A stretch of 32,000 nucleotides of DNA from Edaphobacter aggregans (GTDB lineage Bacteria > Acidobacteriota > Terriglobia > Terriglobales > Acidobacteriaceae): positions 3,480,001 to 3,512,000 of the forward strand of contig NZ_RSDW01000001.1 of the NCBI RefSeq assembly GCF_003945235.1, read 5' to 3'. The notes beneath the pieces are model-generated. The model was not told where the DNA came from. It searched no databases and saw only the letters and a list, made by a program, of their open reading frames with translations. A program made the translations under genes and the position numbers. This document shows, one piece after another, positions 1 to 8,618 of this stretch; within the stretch, counting starts at the first letter, position 1, and every line of letters starts with the position of its first letter.

Positions 1-78
1 GTCGCAGCTCGCTTGAGAGGCTGCTTGTTTTTGAAAGGTATTCTCTTCGCTATCACGTTTGTGCGTGTGTGAGATTTT

Positions 79-1479
79 ATGACAATGCAGCAAGGTAAAT
101 GGGCATCGCTTTGGAACGCGCTTAGCGCCGCGGGAGATTTGTCTGGCCGCTTTGTATTTGGCGCGGAAGCAAGTATCGCTTTGAGCGACCTACTTGCCGG
201 GTCTGCTCTTTATGGTAGAGGTGATGAACTGGGTGGTCGATCCGTTCTTGTTACGACAACGAACCAGTTCACCACGGCCTCGGCACTCATAGAACTGGAC
301 GGCATCGCGCGCCGTATGGTTCTTTGTCCACCAGATTTACCGGTTGAACATCTACCGTACGTCATCGAATCGGCAAATGTCGATGCAATCGTATCCGACC
401 GTACGATACTTGGATTGGATATTCACCGCCCCCTATGCTTCTGTCCGTGCACTCGGAAGATTGTGCCCGAAAATTGTAGTCGGAGCGCACAATACCAAAC
501 GGAATGGATTCTTCTCACCTCTGGTACGACTGGGCTACCGAAACTTGTTGTCCACACATTATCTAGCTTGTCCGGCGCCATTAAGGCCGGCAGTGGTTCA
601 GCAGAACCGACCGTTTGGAGCACGTTCTACGACATTCGCCGTTACGGCGGTCTCCAGATATTCCTTCGCGCTTTCCTTACTGGGACGTCCTTAGTTCTTT
701 CGAGTGCGGAGGAGTCAACGGCAGATTTTCTTGCTCGAGCCGGCTCGCACGGAGTCACCCACATTTCCGGAACACCATGCCAGTGGCGCCGGGCGTTGAT
801 GAGTCCGTCAGCTAATCTTATCCAGCCCAAATATATTCGTTTGTCAGGAGAGATCGCGGATCAGGCAATCCTCAACCATCTGCGATCCTTTTATCCGCAA
901 GCTCGAATCGCGCACGCTTTCGCCTCAACAGAGGCCGGCGTGGCGTTTGAGGTGAACGATGGTATCGCGGGCTTTCCTGCAAGTGCGATAGAGGACACCC
1001 CCGATGTCGAAATGAAAGTTGAGGATCGTTCGTTGTGGATACGTTCAAATCGCACTGCAAGCCGCTATCTTGGCGACCAACCTCCTATCTTGAAAAACGC
1101 GGATGGATTTGTAGACACCCGCGACCTGATTGAATTGCGAGATGATAGATACTACTTCGTCGGTCGGCAGGATGGAGCGATTAACGTCGGAGGTTTGAAA
1201 GTGTACCCCGAAGAAGTGGAGGCGGTTATCAATCGTCATCCAGAGGTTCAGATGTCGTTAGTACGGACGAAAAGGAATCCGATTACGGGTGCGCTCGTCG
1301 TCGCCGACGTAGTTCTGACGGAACAACAATCTGCCAGTCGTGATATGCGTGCACTCCAGGGTGACATCCTACTGCTCTGCCGCGAAACTCTTTCTTCCCA
1401 TAAAGTTCCGGTCGCAATTAACTTTATTCCCGCGTTGGCGGTCACTGAATCTGGGAAACTCGTGCGCCGCAATGCGTAA
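79..1479 (+). CDS. AMP-dependent synthetase/ligase (adenylate-forming acyl-activating enzyme), short 466-aa form
   Basis: ATG-initiated ORF. Motifs: LLTSGTTGLPK (P-loop/A3), AFASTEAG (A5-like), FVDTRDL plus GRQDGAINVGGLKVYPEEVE (A7/A8), C-terminal SGKLVRR (A10 Lys). Stop TAA 1477-1479 overlaps the next ATG at 1472. Confidence 0.85.
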   Translation: MTMQQGKWASLWNALSAAGDLSGRFVFGAEASIALSDLLAGSALYGRGDELGGRSVLVTTTNQFTTASALIELDGIARRMVLCPPDLPVEHLPYVIESANVDAIVSDRTILGLDIHRPLCFCPCTRKIVPENCSRSAQYQTEWILLTSGTTGLPKLVVHTLSSLSGAIKAGSGSAEPTVWSTFYDIRRYGGLQIFLRAFLTGTSLVLSSAEESTADFLARAGSHGVTHISGTPCQWRRALMSPSANLIQPKYIRLSGEIADQAILNHLRSFYPQARIAHAFASTEAGVAFEVNDGIAGFPASAIEDTPDVEMKVEDRSLWIRSNRTASRYLGDQPPILKNADGFVDTRDLIELRDDRYYFVGRQDGAINVGGLKVYPEEVEAVINRHPEVQMSLVRTKRNPITGALVVADVVLTEQQSASRDMRALQGDILLLCRETLSSHKVPVAINFIPALAVTESGKLVRRNA

Positions 1480-2206
1480 TGTAATTGTGACAGGCGGAAG
1501 CCGAGGGTTGGGTCTGGGTATTGCCCGTAAATTGACGGAAACTGGATATCGTGTCATTGCAGTTGCGCGCAAACAAAATGATGAACTCGCGGTGGCAATG
1601 CAGGAAGCCGAAAAAGCGAATCCCGGATCGTTTCACTTCGCGCCCTTTGATCTCGCCGAGATCGAAGGCATTCCTGATTTGATCAAGACCTTGCGGAAAG
1701 ACTTCGGTCCGATCTATGGACTGGTTAATAACGCCGGTTTGAGTTTTGATGGAACTCTTGCCCTTATGCCTGTGTCCCAGATTGAACAACTTCTGCGTGT
1801 AAATACGCTGTCGCCAATTGTGTTCACCAAATATATGGTGCGCTCGATGATGGCTGATGGAGGCGGTCGCATCGTCAATATGGCGTCTATCACCGCCTTC
1901 ACAGGCTATAGTGGCCTCTCGGTGTACGGGGCAACAAAGGCATCGATCATTGGTTTTTCCCGATCTATAGCGCGAGAGGTCGGACGCATGGGAGTAAATG
2001 TGAATTCGGTCGCTCCTGGCTTCATCGAGACCGACATGACTCAGGGCATCAAAGACGAGCAGCGTCAGCAGATTGAGCGCCGCAGCGCCCTGAAACGCCT
2101 TGCGGACATCGATGATGTGGCAAATGCCGTCGAATTTCTTCTCAGCGATCGAGCGAAGAACATTACAGGAACGGTACTTACCGTCGATGCGGGTAATACG
2201 GCATGA
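1472..2206 (+). CDS. Short-chain dehydrogenase/reductase, FabG-like (3-oxoacyl reductase family)
   Basis: MRNVIVTGGSRGLGLGIARKL (TGxxxGxG Rossmann), NNAGL, YGATKAS (YxxxK), C-terminal ITGTVLTVDAGNT. The ORF-track start 1340 lies inside the upstream gene; ATG 1472 gives an 8-nt overlap (ATGCGTAA). Confidence 0.85.
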   Translation: MRNVIVTGGSRGLGLGIARKLTETGYRVIAVARKQNDELAVAMQEAEKANPGSFHFAPFDLAEIEGIPDLIKTLRKDFGPIYGLVNNAGLSFDGTLALMPVSQIEQLLRVNTLSPIVFTKYMVRSMMADGGGRIVNMASITAFTGYSGLSVYGATKASIIGFSRSIAREVGRMGVNVNSVAPGFIETDMTQGIKDEQRQQIERRSALKRLADIDDVANAVEFLLSDRAKNITGTVLTVDAGNTA

Positions 2207-4011
2207 CAGAGGTTCAAACAAATGCTCCAGTCAATGCGAATGGCTCTGCTGCCAAGGCCTGGTTGCGTGCGCTGGAACTGACCGCGCCGATCGCTCGTAA
2301 CCCTAATCGCGTTATGTCCACGGTGATGGAGGACCTGGCTGCGCGCTCGAGCGATGCGCCTGCTTTGCTATCCGACCGAGAGTGTCTGACATATCGAGAG
2401 CTTGCCGAACGTTCAAACCGATATGCCCGCTGGGCACTTAAGCAGGGTCTTGCTAAAGGCGAGGTCGTCTGCCTGTTGATGACGAATCGACCGGAATATT
2501 TTGTCATTTGGCTTGGTATAACAAGTGTCGGCGGTGTGGTTGCGCTGCTCAACACCAATCTTGTTGGTTCTTCGCTGGCACATTGCATCAATATAGTTTC
2601 GCCTAAACATCTGATTGTAGATGGAGAGTTCGTCGATGCGCTGACTACTGCGTTGCCGAGTCTCAGCGTGTCACCCGAGATCTGGGCACACGGCGTCGAA
2701 TGCGCCTCATACCAGCGTATCGATCTCGACATCGAGTACATATCGGGTGACACGTTGAGTCGGGAAGAGCGAAGGCCGTTAACCATCGAAGATCGGGCAC
2801 TTTACATCTTTACCTCTGGTACAACTGGACTACCTAAGGCTGCCAACATCAGCCATGCACGCGTCTTGCAATGGAGCCATTGGTTTGCCGGAATGATGGG
2901 AGCTCAGCAAACAGATCGGATGTACAACTGCTTGCCGATGTATCACAGCATTGGTGGTGTGCTGGTACCTGGTGCCGCTCTCGTTGGTGGCGGTTCCGTG
3001 GTCATTCGCGAAAAGTTTTCGGCTAGCCAGTTCTGGGCCGATGTCATTCGTTGGGACTGCACGATGTTTCAATACATCGGCGAGCTTTGCCGTTACTTAT
3101 TACACGCTGCACCGTCCTCAAATGAGAGAAGCCATCGAATCAGAATGGCTTGCGGCAATGGGTTGGCATCCGAAGTGTGGGAAGACTTTAAGGAACGGTT
3201 TCAAATCCCCCAAATCCTCGAATTCTACGCATCCACAGAAGGTGGCGTTTCTTTATTCAATGTTCAAGGAAAGCCCGGTGCGATCGGACATATTCCGACG
3301 TACCTAGCGCATCGATTTTCGCCACCGCTGGTAGTGTTCGACGTCGAGAAAGGCAAGCCGGTCCGAAATGACGAGGGATTCTGTATTCGCTGTGCTCCCA
3401 ACGAAATCGGCGAGGCGATCGGTAAGGTTGTGAACGATCTATCGAACATAGGCGGTCGGTTTGAGGGTTACACTGACAAGCGAGCATCGAACGAAAAAAT
3501 CCTTCGTGATGTTTTTGAGCTGGGAGATGCCTGGGTTCGCACCGGCGACCTTATGCGGAAAGACGAGAAGGGCTTTTTTTATTTTGTCGATCGTATAGGC
3601 GATACGTTTCGATGGAAGGGCGAGAACGTTGCGACCTCTGAAGTCTCAGAAGCGATTTGTACATTTCCAGGAGTCAAACACGCTAATGTCTACGGGGTGG
3701 CCATTCCAGGGACCGAAGGTCGCGGTGGCATGGCAGCGCTCGTTACCGAACATGAGATGGATCTACCGGCGTTTCGGAGGCATCTGATGAGCCGTCTTCC
3801 AGCCTACGCGCGTCCTTTGTTTCTGCGAATTCGAGATGATATTGAAGTAACTGGAACTTTCAAATATTCGAAAACTGATCTAGTACGTCAAGGATATGAT
3901 CCTGTTGCTATCACAGATGTCGTCTATTTTGACAGTCCCGAGTCGGAGGCGTTTGTTCAGCTCGACAAAGTATTGTACGACCGTATCCAAGACGGCCAGA
4001 TCCGTTTATAA
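2203..4011 (+). CDS. Long-chain/very-long-chain acyl-CoA synthetase, FATP/FadD6-like
   Basis: 602 aa. Motifs: YIFTSGTTGLPKAANISH, EFYASTEG, VRTGDLMRKDEKGFFYFVDRIGDTFRWKGENVATSEV, TGTFKYSK. This architecture is typical of fatty-acid-transport-protein type ligases. ATGA overlap with the SDR stop (2203-2206). Confidence 0.85.
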   Translation: MTEVQTNAPVNANGSAAKAWLRALELTAPIARNPNRVMSTVMEDLAARSSDAPALLSDRECLTYRELAERSNRYARWALKQGLAKGEVVCLLMTNRPEYFVIWLGITSVGGVVALLNTNLVGSSLAHCINIVSPKHLIVDGEFVDALTTALPSLSVSPEIWAHGVECASYQRIDLDIEYISGDTLSREERRPLTIEDRALYIFTSGTTGLPKAANISHARVLQWSHWFAGMMGAQQTDRMYNCLPMYHSIGGVLVPGAALVGGGSVVIREKFSASQFWADVIRWDCTMFQYIGELCRYLLHAAPSSNERSHRIRMACGNGLASEVWEDFKERFQIPQILEFYASTEGGVSLFNVQGKPGAIGHIPTYLAHRFSPPLVVFDVEKGKPVRNDEGFCIRCAPNEIGEAIGKVVNDLSNIGGRFEGYTDKRASNEKILRDVFELGDAWVRTGDLMRKDEKGFFYFVDRIGDTFRWKGENVATSEVSEAICTFPGVKHANVYGVAIPGTEGRGGMAALVTEHEMDLPAFRRHLMSRLPAYARPLFLRIRDDIEVTGTFKYSKTDLVRQGYDPVAITDVVYFDSPESEAFVQLDKVLYDRIQDGQIRL

Positions 4012-4135
4012 ACTTCTGGACTAGTCGATTTGGATCGACGTTTACACGACTAGTAAACAAGAGTGGACTATCTATTTCATAGCAAACAGTTCCTTTGTTC
4101 TAAGCTTCGTTAGCGCCACGGAAGTAGGATGCGAA

Positions 4136-5665
4136 ATGGTCATCGATGAATTCAGGAGCGATTTCGCAAAGATTGAGTCTGAGATAGCGATGGGCCCCAT
4201 CGTGCCCAGTGTGACACCCGAAGAGATTCGGGATCATCTCACGTCTCGCTATAACTTCAAGAAGGCGATGACTCTTGAGGAAGTCATCGTCGATGTAGAA
4301 CAGATGTTAAGAACGTGGCAGGTCCAGGTCACCCATCCACGTTATTTCGGCCTCTTCAACCCGAGCGTGACGCTCGCATCTGTCGTTGCGGAGACCTTGG
4401 TAGCCATGTATAACCCTCAGTTGGCGAATTGGCGAACCTCGCCTGCGGGGAATGAGATCGAAAGGCATACTCTTAGTTGGCTCGCCGCAAAATTTGGCCT
4501 CCCAGCAAATGCCAGTTCAACATTCACGAGTGGTGGGTCGGAAGCCAATCTCTCAGCGGTCGTTGTCGCCTTAACGCGTGCTTTCCCCGACTATGGCGAA
4601 AATGGACTTCGAGATCTTACCGCGTTGCCCACGATCTACGTGACAGCGGAGGCGCATCATTCGTTCAACAAGATCGCGCATATAACCGGACTTGGAAGAA
4701 GGGCTTTGCGCACAGTAGCGACCGACTCATATTTGAAGCTTGATGTTGAAGATCTCAGAAGACGTGTAATAGAGGATCGAAAAATCGGATTAGCCCCCTT
4801 CATGGTGGTCGGCGCCGGCGGGACCACTGCAGCTGGCGTAATCGATCCCTTGACGGATATCGGACGCTTTTGCCAAGAGGAGAATCTTTGGTTTCACGTC
4901 GATGCCGCATGGGGGGGGGCCGCAATACTAGCTGAAAGCCTCAAGCACTATTTCGCCGGAATTGATACTGCAGATTCAATCACGTGTGATGCGCATAAAT
5001 GGTTCTCCGTGCCAATGGGAGCCGGGATGTTCTTCTGCCGTCATCCTGACGCCGTCGCGGAAGCCTTTCGAGCTGAAGTCTCCTATATGCCGAAGAAGAC
5101 GGATGGGTTTGTGGAGGATCCCTACACTACCTCAGTGCAATGGTCCCGCCGTTTTATCGGTTTGAAACTCTTCCTCGCGTTGGCGCAGCAGGGGGAATTG
5201 GGGTATGTCGAGATGATCGAGCACCAGACTCAGATGGGACAGGTGCTGCGCGAATCTCTTGAGTCCTCTGGGTGGCGAATCGTTAATACGACGCCGCTGC
5301 CACTCGTTTGTTTTACGCGGGAAGGACTCGATACCAGTAGGTTCCTCTCAGTTCTGCGAGAACGCCAGATTGTATGGATGTCAGAGGCGCAGCTCGATGG
5401 TACTCCTGTCTTACGCGCGTGTATCACCAGTTTCAAGACTACTGAAACGGATATTCACTGGGTGGTGGATGAGATGAATCGTCTCATCTGTCAAGGTGCC
5501 GGTCAAACCAGTACGAGGCCGGAGTCGGTCTCACCAGCACAGCCCAGACAGGGATGGAAACATGAAACGGGACACGATTGCTATTCACGGCGGCTACAAT
5601 GTAGATCCGACGACCAAGGCTGTAGCTGTGCCAATTTATCAGACGGTTTCTTACGCGTTCGATAG
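4136..5665 (+). CDS. Pyridoxal-phosphate-dependent decarboxylase, group II (fold type I)
   Basis: 509-aa ORF. SGGSEANL, HVDAAWGG and SITCDAHKWFSVPMGAGMFFCR (PLP-lysine motif S-x-x-x-x-HK) fit PF00282-type amino-acid decarboxylases. The last ~55 aa (QGAGQTSTRPESV...FLRVR) are Arg/Ser/Cys-rich, and the final 104 nt of this tail overlap the metY start, so they may not be native C-terminus. Confidence 0.8.
   Translation: MVIDEFRSDFAKIESEIAMGPIVPSVTPEEIRDHLTSRYNFKKAMTLEEVIVDVEQMLRTWQVQVTHPRYFGLFNPSVTLASVVAETLVAMYNPQLANWRTSPAGNEIERHTLSWLAAKFGLPANASSTFTSGGSEANLSAVVVALTRAFPDYGENGLRDLTALPTIYVTAEAHHSFNKIAHITGLGRRALRTVATDSYLKLDVEDLRRRVIEDRKIGLAPFMVVGAGGTTAAGVIDPLTDIGRFCQEENLWFHVDAAWGGAAILAESLKHYFAGIDTADSITCDAHKWFSVPMGAGMFFCRHPDAVAEAFRAEVSYMPKKTDGFVEDPYTTSVQWSRRFIGLKLFLALAQQGELGYVEMIEHQTQMGQVLRESLESSGWRIVNTTPLPLVCFTREGLDTSRFLSVLRERQIVWMSEAQLDGTPVLRACITSFKTTETDIHWVVDEMNRLICQGAGQTSTRPESVSPAQPRQGWKHETGHDCYSRRLQCRSDDQGCSCANLSDGFLRVR
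4911..4919 (+). repeat. G9 homopolymer inside the decarboxylase CDS
   Basis: Sequence gcat-ggggggggg-ccgc encodes W-G-G-A of HVDAAWGGAAIL. It is the longest homopolymer I saw in the window. Confidence 0.9.
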
Positions 5666-6839
5666 CGCCGACCATGCCTCGGCATTGTTCAATCTCGAGG
5701 CTGAAGGATTTCGCTATACCCGTATCGGGAACCCGACTACTGCAGTGTTGGAGCGGCGGGTCGCGGCGCTAGAAGGAGGGCTGGAAGCCCTGTGCGTCAG
5801 TAGCGGACAAGCGGCAGTTAACTATGCGGTTCTCAATGTTTCTCAGTTGGGAAGCAATATTGTTTCGGTTCCGCAACTCTATGGAACTACGCACACCCTA
5901 TTTGCGCACATTCTGCCAAGCCAGGGAGTCATTGTCCGATTCGCGGAGTCGGATCATCCGGAGGCGCTCAAAAAACTAATCGATGACAACACCCGTGCGA
6001 TCTTCTGTGAAAGTGTTGGTAATCCGGCAGGAAATATCTGCGATATCGAGTCGCTTGCTCGAATGGCTCACGAACACGGAGTGCCGCTGATCGTCGATAA
6101 TACGGTTGCCTCACCTATCCTTCTGCAGCCGATTGAATACGGCGCTGACATAGTTTTGCACTCTCTCACAAAGTTCCTGGGTGGACACGGCAATTCGCTC
6201 GGCGGAGCCATCGTCGACAGCGGCAATTTTCCGTGGGGAGACCACGCCTCAAGATTTCCGATGTTCAGCCAACCCGATGCCTCCTATCATGGGCTCGTCT
6301 ACACGGATCACTTCGGGAGAGGCGCCTATTTAGGACGGTGCCGCAGCTTCTACCAGCGAACCACCGGGGCTGTCTTGTCGCCACTGAACGCTTTCCTACT
6401 GCTGCAGGGAATCGAGACGGTCGCGCTACGAGTCGAGCGACACGTTGAGAATGGCAAAAAAGTAGCAGAATTTTTGAGCAATGACCCCAGAGTTAAGTGG
6501 GTTAATTATGCTGGATTTGCCGAGAGCCCTTATTATGCGTTGGCACAAAAATATATGTCCGGCCGCGCCTGCTCACTGATGACCGTTGGAATCATGGGGG
6601 GCTATGAAGCCGCGATTAAATTTCATGATGCATTGAAACTGGTGACCCGCCTCGTCAATCTGGGTGATGCCAAATCGTTGGCCTGCCATCCGGCCTCGAC
6701 GACGCATCGGCAAATGTCGGACGAAGCGAAACGCAGTGCTGGAGTCATGCCGGAGATGATTCGACTCAGCATCGGGATCGAGCACATCGACGACATCATC
6801 GAAGACCTGAATCAGGCACTCAGCGCAACAACATGCTGA
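5562..6839 (+). CDS. metY: O-acetylhomoserine sulfhydrylase / aminocarboxypropyltransferase (Cys/Met-metabolism PLP enzyme)
   Basis: MKRDTIAIHGGY...PIYQTVSYAF...YTRIGNPTT...HSLTKFLGGHGN (PLP Lys)...LGDAKSLACHPASTTHRQ...IRLSIGIEHIDDIIEDL is a classic MetY/MetZ-family signature. ATG 5562 was chosen because homology starts there; the ORF-track GTG 5496 adds a non-homologous leader. Confidence 0.9.
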   Translation: MKRDTIAIHGGYNVDPTTKAVAVPIYQTVSYAFDSADHASALFNLEAEGFRYTRIGNPTTAVLERRVAALEGGLEALCVSSGQAAVNYAVLNVSQLGSNIVSVPQLYGTTHTLFAHILPSQGVIVRFAESDHPEALKKLIDDNTRAIFCESVGNPAGNICDIESLARMAHEHGVPLIVDNTVASPILLQPIEYGADIVLHSLTKFLGGHGNSLGGAIVDSGNFPWGDHASRFPMFSQPDASYHGLVYTDHFGRGAYLGRCRSFYQRTTGAVLSPLNAFLLLQGIETVALRVERHVENGKKVAEFLSNDPRVKWVNYAGFAESPYYALAQKYMSGRACSLMTVGIMGGYEAAIKFHDALKLVTRLVNLGDAKSLACHPASTTHRQMSDEAKRSAGVMPEMIRLSIGIEHIDDIIEDLNQALSATTC

Positions 6840-6932
6840 TCGGTTCCCAATAATTCACGCCAATCTGACAATTTGATCGACCTCTACCCAAGGATCAATG
6901 GCAGATCAAGCAGAGCTTCGCCTGTGGCGCAC

Positions 6933-6961
6933 TTTACATGCGCGGAACATCACACTATAGC
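6933..6961 (+). promoter_or_regulatory. Candidate sigma70-type promoter for the rml-like operon (TTTACA-17 nt-TATAGC)
   Basis: TTTACA at 6933-6938, a 17-nt spacer, TATAGC at 6956-6961, 46 nt upstream of ATG 7008. A GGAGAG Shine-Dalgarno sits at 6995-7000. Pattern match only. Confidence 0.25.
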
Positions 6962-7007
6962 TATCTTCCGGTCTCGATAGTCCCTTTCGCTAACGGAGAG
7001 TACATCT

Positions 7008-7610
7008 ATGCCCTTGGAGTTGGATAGTTCACATCTTGGTGGGGAAGTTGTGGTTATTAAGCCTACAGTTTTGGGCGACGACCGTGGCTTTTTCATGGAA
7101 ACCTACCGCTACGACAACTTCCGAGACATGGGGTTGCCGACCGAATGGGTACAGGACAATCACTCACGTTCATCGAAGGGAGTTCTACGCGGTCTCCATT
7201 TTCAGTGGGATCCTCCAATGAGCAAATTGATGCGGGTGACTCGTGGTGCGGCCTTCCTTGTCGCAGTGGACATCCGAAAAGGATCGCCCACATTAGGCGA
7301 GTGGTTCGGCCTTGAAGTTACAGCAGACAACAAGAAGCAGATATATGCTCCGTACGGATTTGCGCGCGGCTTCTGTGCTCTTACTGATGAGTGTGAAGTG
7401 CAATACAAGTGCACGGGAATTTATAACTCCGGTGCAGAATCGGGAATTTACTACAAGGATCCCGAGATTGGCATTGAGTGGCCAATCACAGATGTCATTG
7501 TATCCACTAAGGATGCTAAGGCACAGTCCCTGAATCAATGGCTTGCCTCGTCACTGTCTGACAACATCGTCTATCAATCTAAATCCGAGTTTGCTGGAGG
7601 GGTGAAGTAA
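7008..7610 (+). CDS. rfbC: dTDP-4-dehydrorhamnose 3,5-epimerase family (RmlC-like cupin)
   Basis: GDDRGFFMETYR, SRSSKGVLRGLHFQ, RGFCALTDECEVQYKCTGIY and the ~200-aa length are typical of RmlC. A good SD precedes the start. Confidence 0.85.
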   Translation: MPLELDSSHLGGEVVVIKPTVLGDDRGFFMETYRYDNFRDMGLPTEWVQDNHSRSSKGVLRGLHFQWDPPMSKLMRVTRGAAFLVAVDIRKGSPTLGEWFGLEVTADNKKQIYAPYGFARGFCALTDECEVQYKCTGIYNSGAESGIYYKDPEIGIEWPITDVIVSTKDAKAQSLNQWLASSLSDNIVYQSKSEFAGGVK

Positions 7611-8618
7611 ATGCGTATTCTTATCGCTGGTGGTGCAGGTTACGTCGGTTCTGCATTGATTCCGCATCTCCTGGATCGGGGTTATACGATCGACGTCGTC
7701 GATTTGTTCTGGTTCGGCAACGACTTGCCGCACTATGTTGGCGTCATTGAAAAAAATATCTTCGACCTGCAAGCGTCCGACTTATCCGGCTATGACCAGG
7801 TTATATTTCTAGCTGGTCTCTCGAACGACCCGATGGCCGATTTTTCACCCGCCAAAAACTTCATCTTCAATGCATCGGCTCCAGCATATCTCGCATACAT
7901 CGCCAAGAAGGCCAAGGTAAGGCGATACATTTATGCGAGCTCTTGCTCGGTGTACGGATACACGGAAAACGAGCTCTTCGATGAGAACTGCCCCGTCAAT
8001 TCGTCCAACCCGTACGGTATCTCCAAGCTACAAGGGGAACGTGCCGTCATGCAGATGGTCGATTCCGAATTCTCTGTCATCGCTCTGAGGAAGGGCACCG
8101 TCTCCGGATACAGCCCACGTATGCGTTATGATTTGCTCGTCAACACAATGTTTAAGTGTGCCATGAAAGAGGGTATGATTCACGTCAACGACCCGGCGAT
8201 ATGGCGTCCTTTTCTCAGCATTGAAGACGCTGTCATGGCCTACACACGCGCCATCGAAGCTAATGAGTCCATCAACGGCATATATAACATCGCCTCCGGC
8301 AATCACACTGTAGGCGAAGTTGCCGATCTCGTTAAATTTGCGGTCGAAGAAGAGTTCGGCCAAAAGATCGCGCTAGACATTAAGCACATCAGAGACGCCC
8401 GGAACTACAAGGTTTCAATCGAGCGGGCCAAAACGATCCTAAGTTTTCATCCACATCATAGTGTCAAGTCCATCGTACGCAGTCTGATCAGCAATATGGA
8501 TAAGTGCGGCGATTGGGACAACCCCAAGTACTACAACATCCATGTTTTCAAGGCTCTTGAGAACCTGACACCGACTGGTACCTATGCGTTTTCCCAGGTC
8601 GCTGGGGGCACTAGGTGA
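7611..8618 (+). CDS. NAD-dependent epimerase/dehydratase (extended SDR), sugar-nucleotide modifying
   Basis: MRILIAGGAGYVGSAL (GxxGxxG), YASSCSVYG, PYGISKLQGE (YxxxK). The ATG directly abuts the rfbC stop (TAA|ATG at 7608-7613). Substrate and reaction cannot be assigned from sequence. Confidence 0.8.
   Translation: MRILIAGGAGYVGSALIPHLLDRGYTIDVVDLFWFGNDLPHYVGVIEKNIFDLQASDLSGYDQVIFLAGLSNDPMADFSPAKNFIFNASAPAYLAYIAKKAKVRRYIYASSCSVYGYTENELFDENCPVNSSNPYGISKLQGERAVMQMVDSEFSVIALRKGTVSGYSPRMRYDLLVNTMFKCAMKEGMIHVNDPAIWRPFLSIEDAVMAYTRAIEANESINGIYNIASGNHTVGEVADLVKFAVEEEFGQKIALDIKHIRDARNYKVSIERAKTILSFHPHHSVKSIVRSLISNMDKCGDWDNPKYYNIHVFKALENLTPTGTYAFSQVAGGTR

Noticed and set aside
1-78. Possible 3' end of an upstream gene. 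Frame 1 is open to the TGA at 70-72. Frame 3 is open to the TAA at 96-98.
   Set aside because: It is too short and carries no motif to decide which frame, if either, is coding. It is noted only as a hint that the cluster may continue upstream.
1442-2221. 259-aa minus-strand ORF antisense to the SDR gene. Similar long shadow ORFs occur at 2214-2786(-), 19309-19992(-, alternate frame of the CRTAC1 gene), 22493-22966(-), 27391-28005(-) and 30322-30963(-).
   Set aside because: Each lies entirely inside a gene with strong family motifs. Their translations are Arg/Ser/Cys-rich and low-complexity with no recognisable motif. This is typical of shadow ORFs in moderately GC-rich DNA.
4020-4054. Nested inverted repeats after the FATP-type ligase gene. 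gtcgat-ttgg-atcgac (4024-4039) and actagtcg...cgactagt (4020-4027 / 4047-4054) could form mutually exclusive hairpins, attenuator-like.
   Set aside because: The stems are short, there is no U-tract and there is no leader peptide or known riboswitch core. Evidence is insufficient to call a terminator or attenuator.
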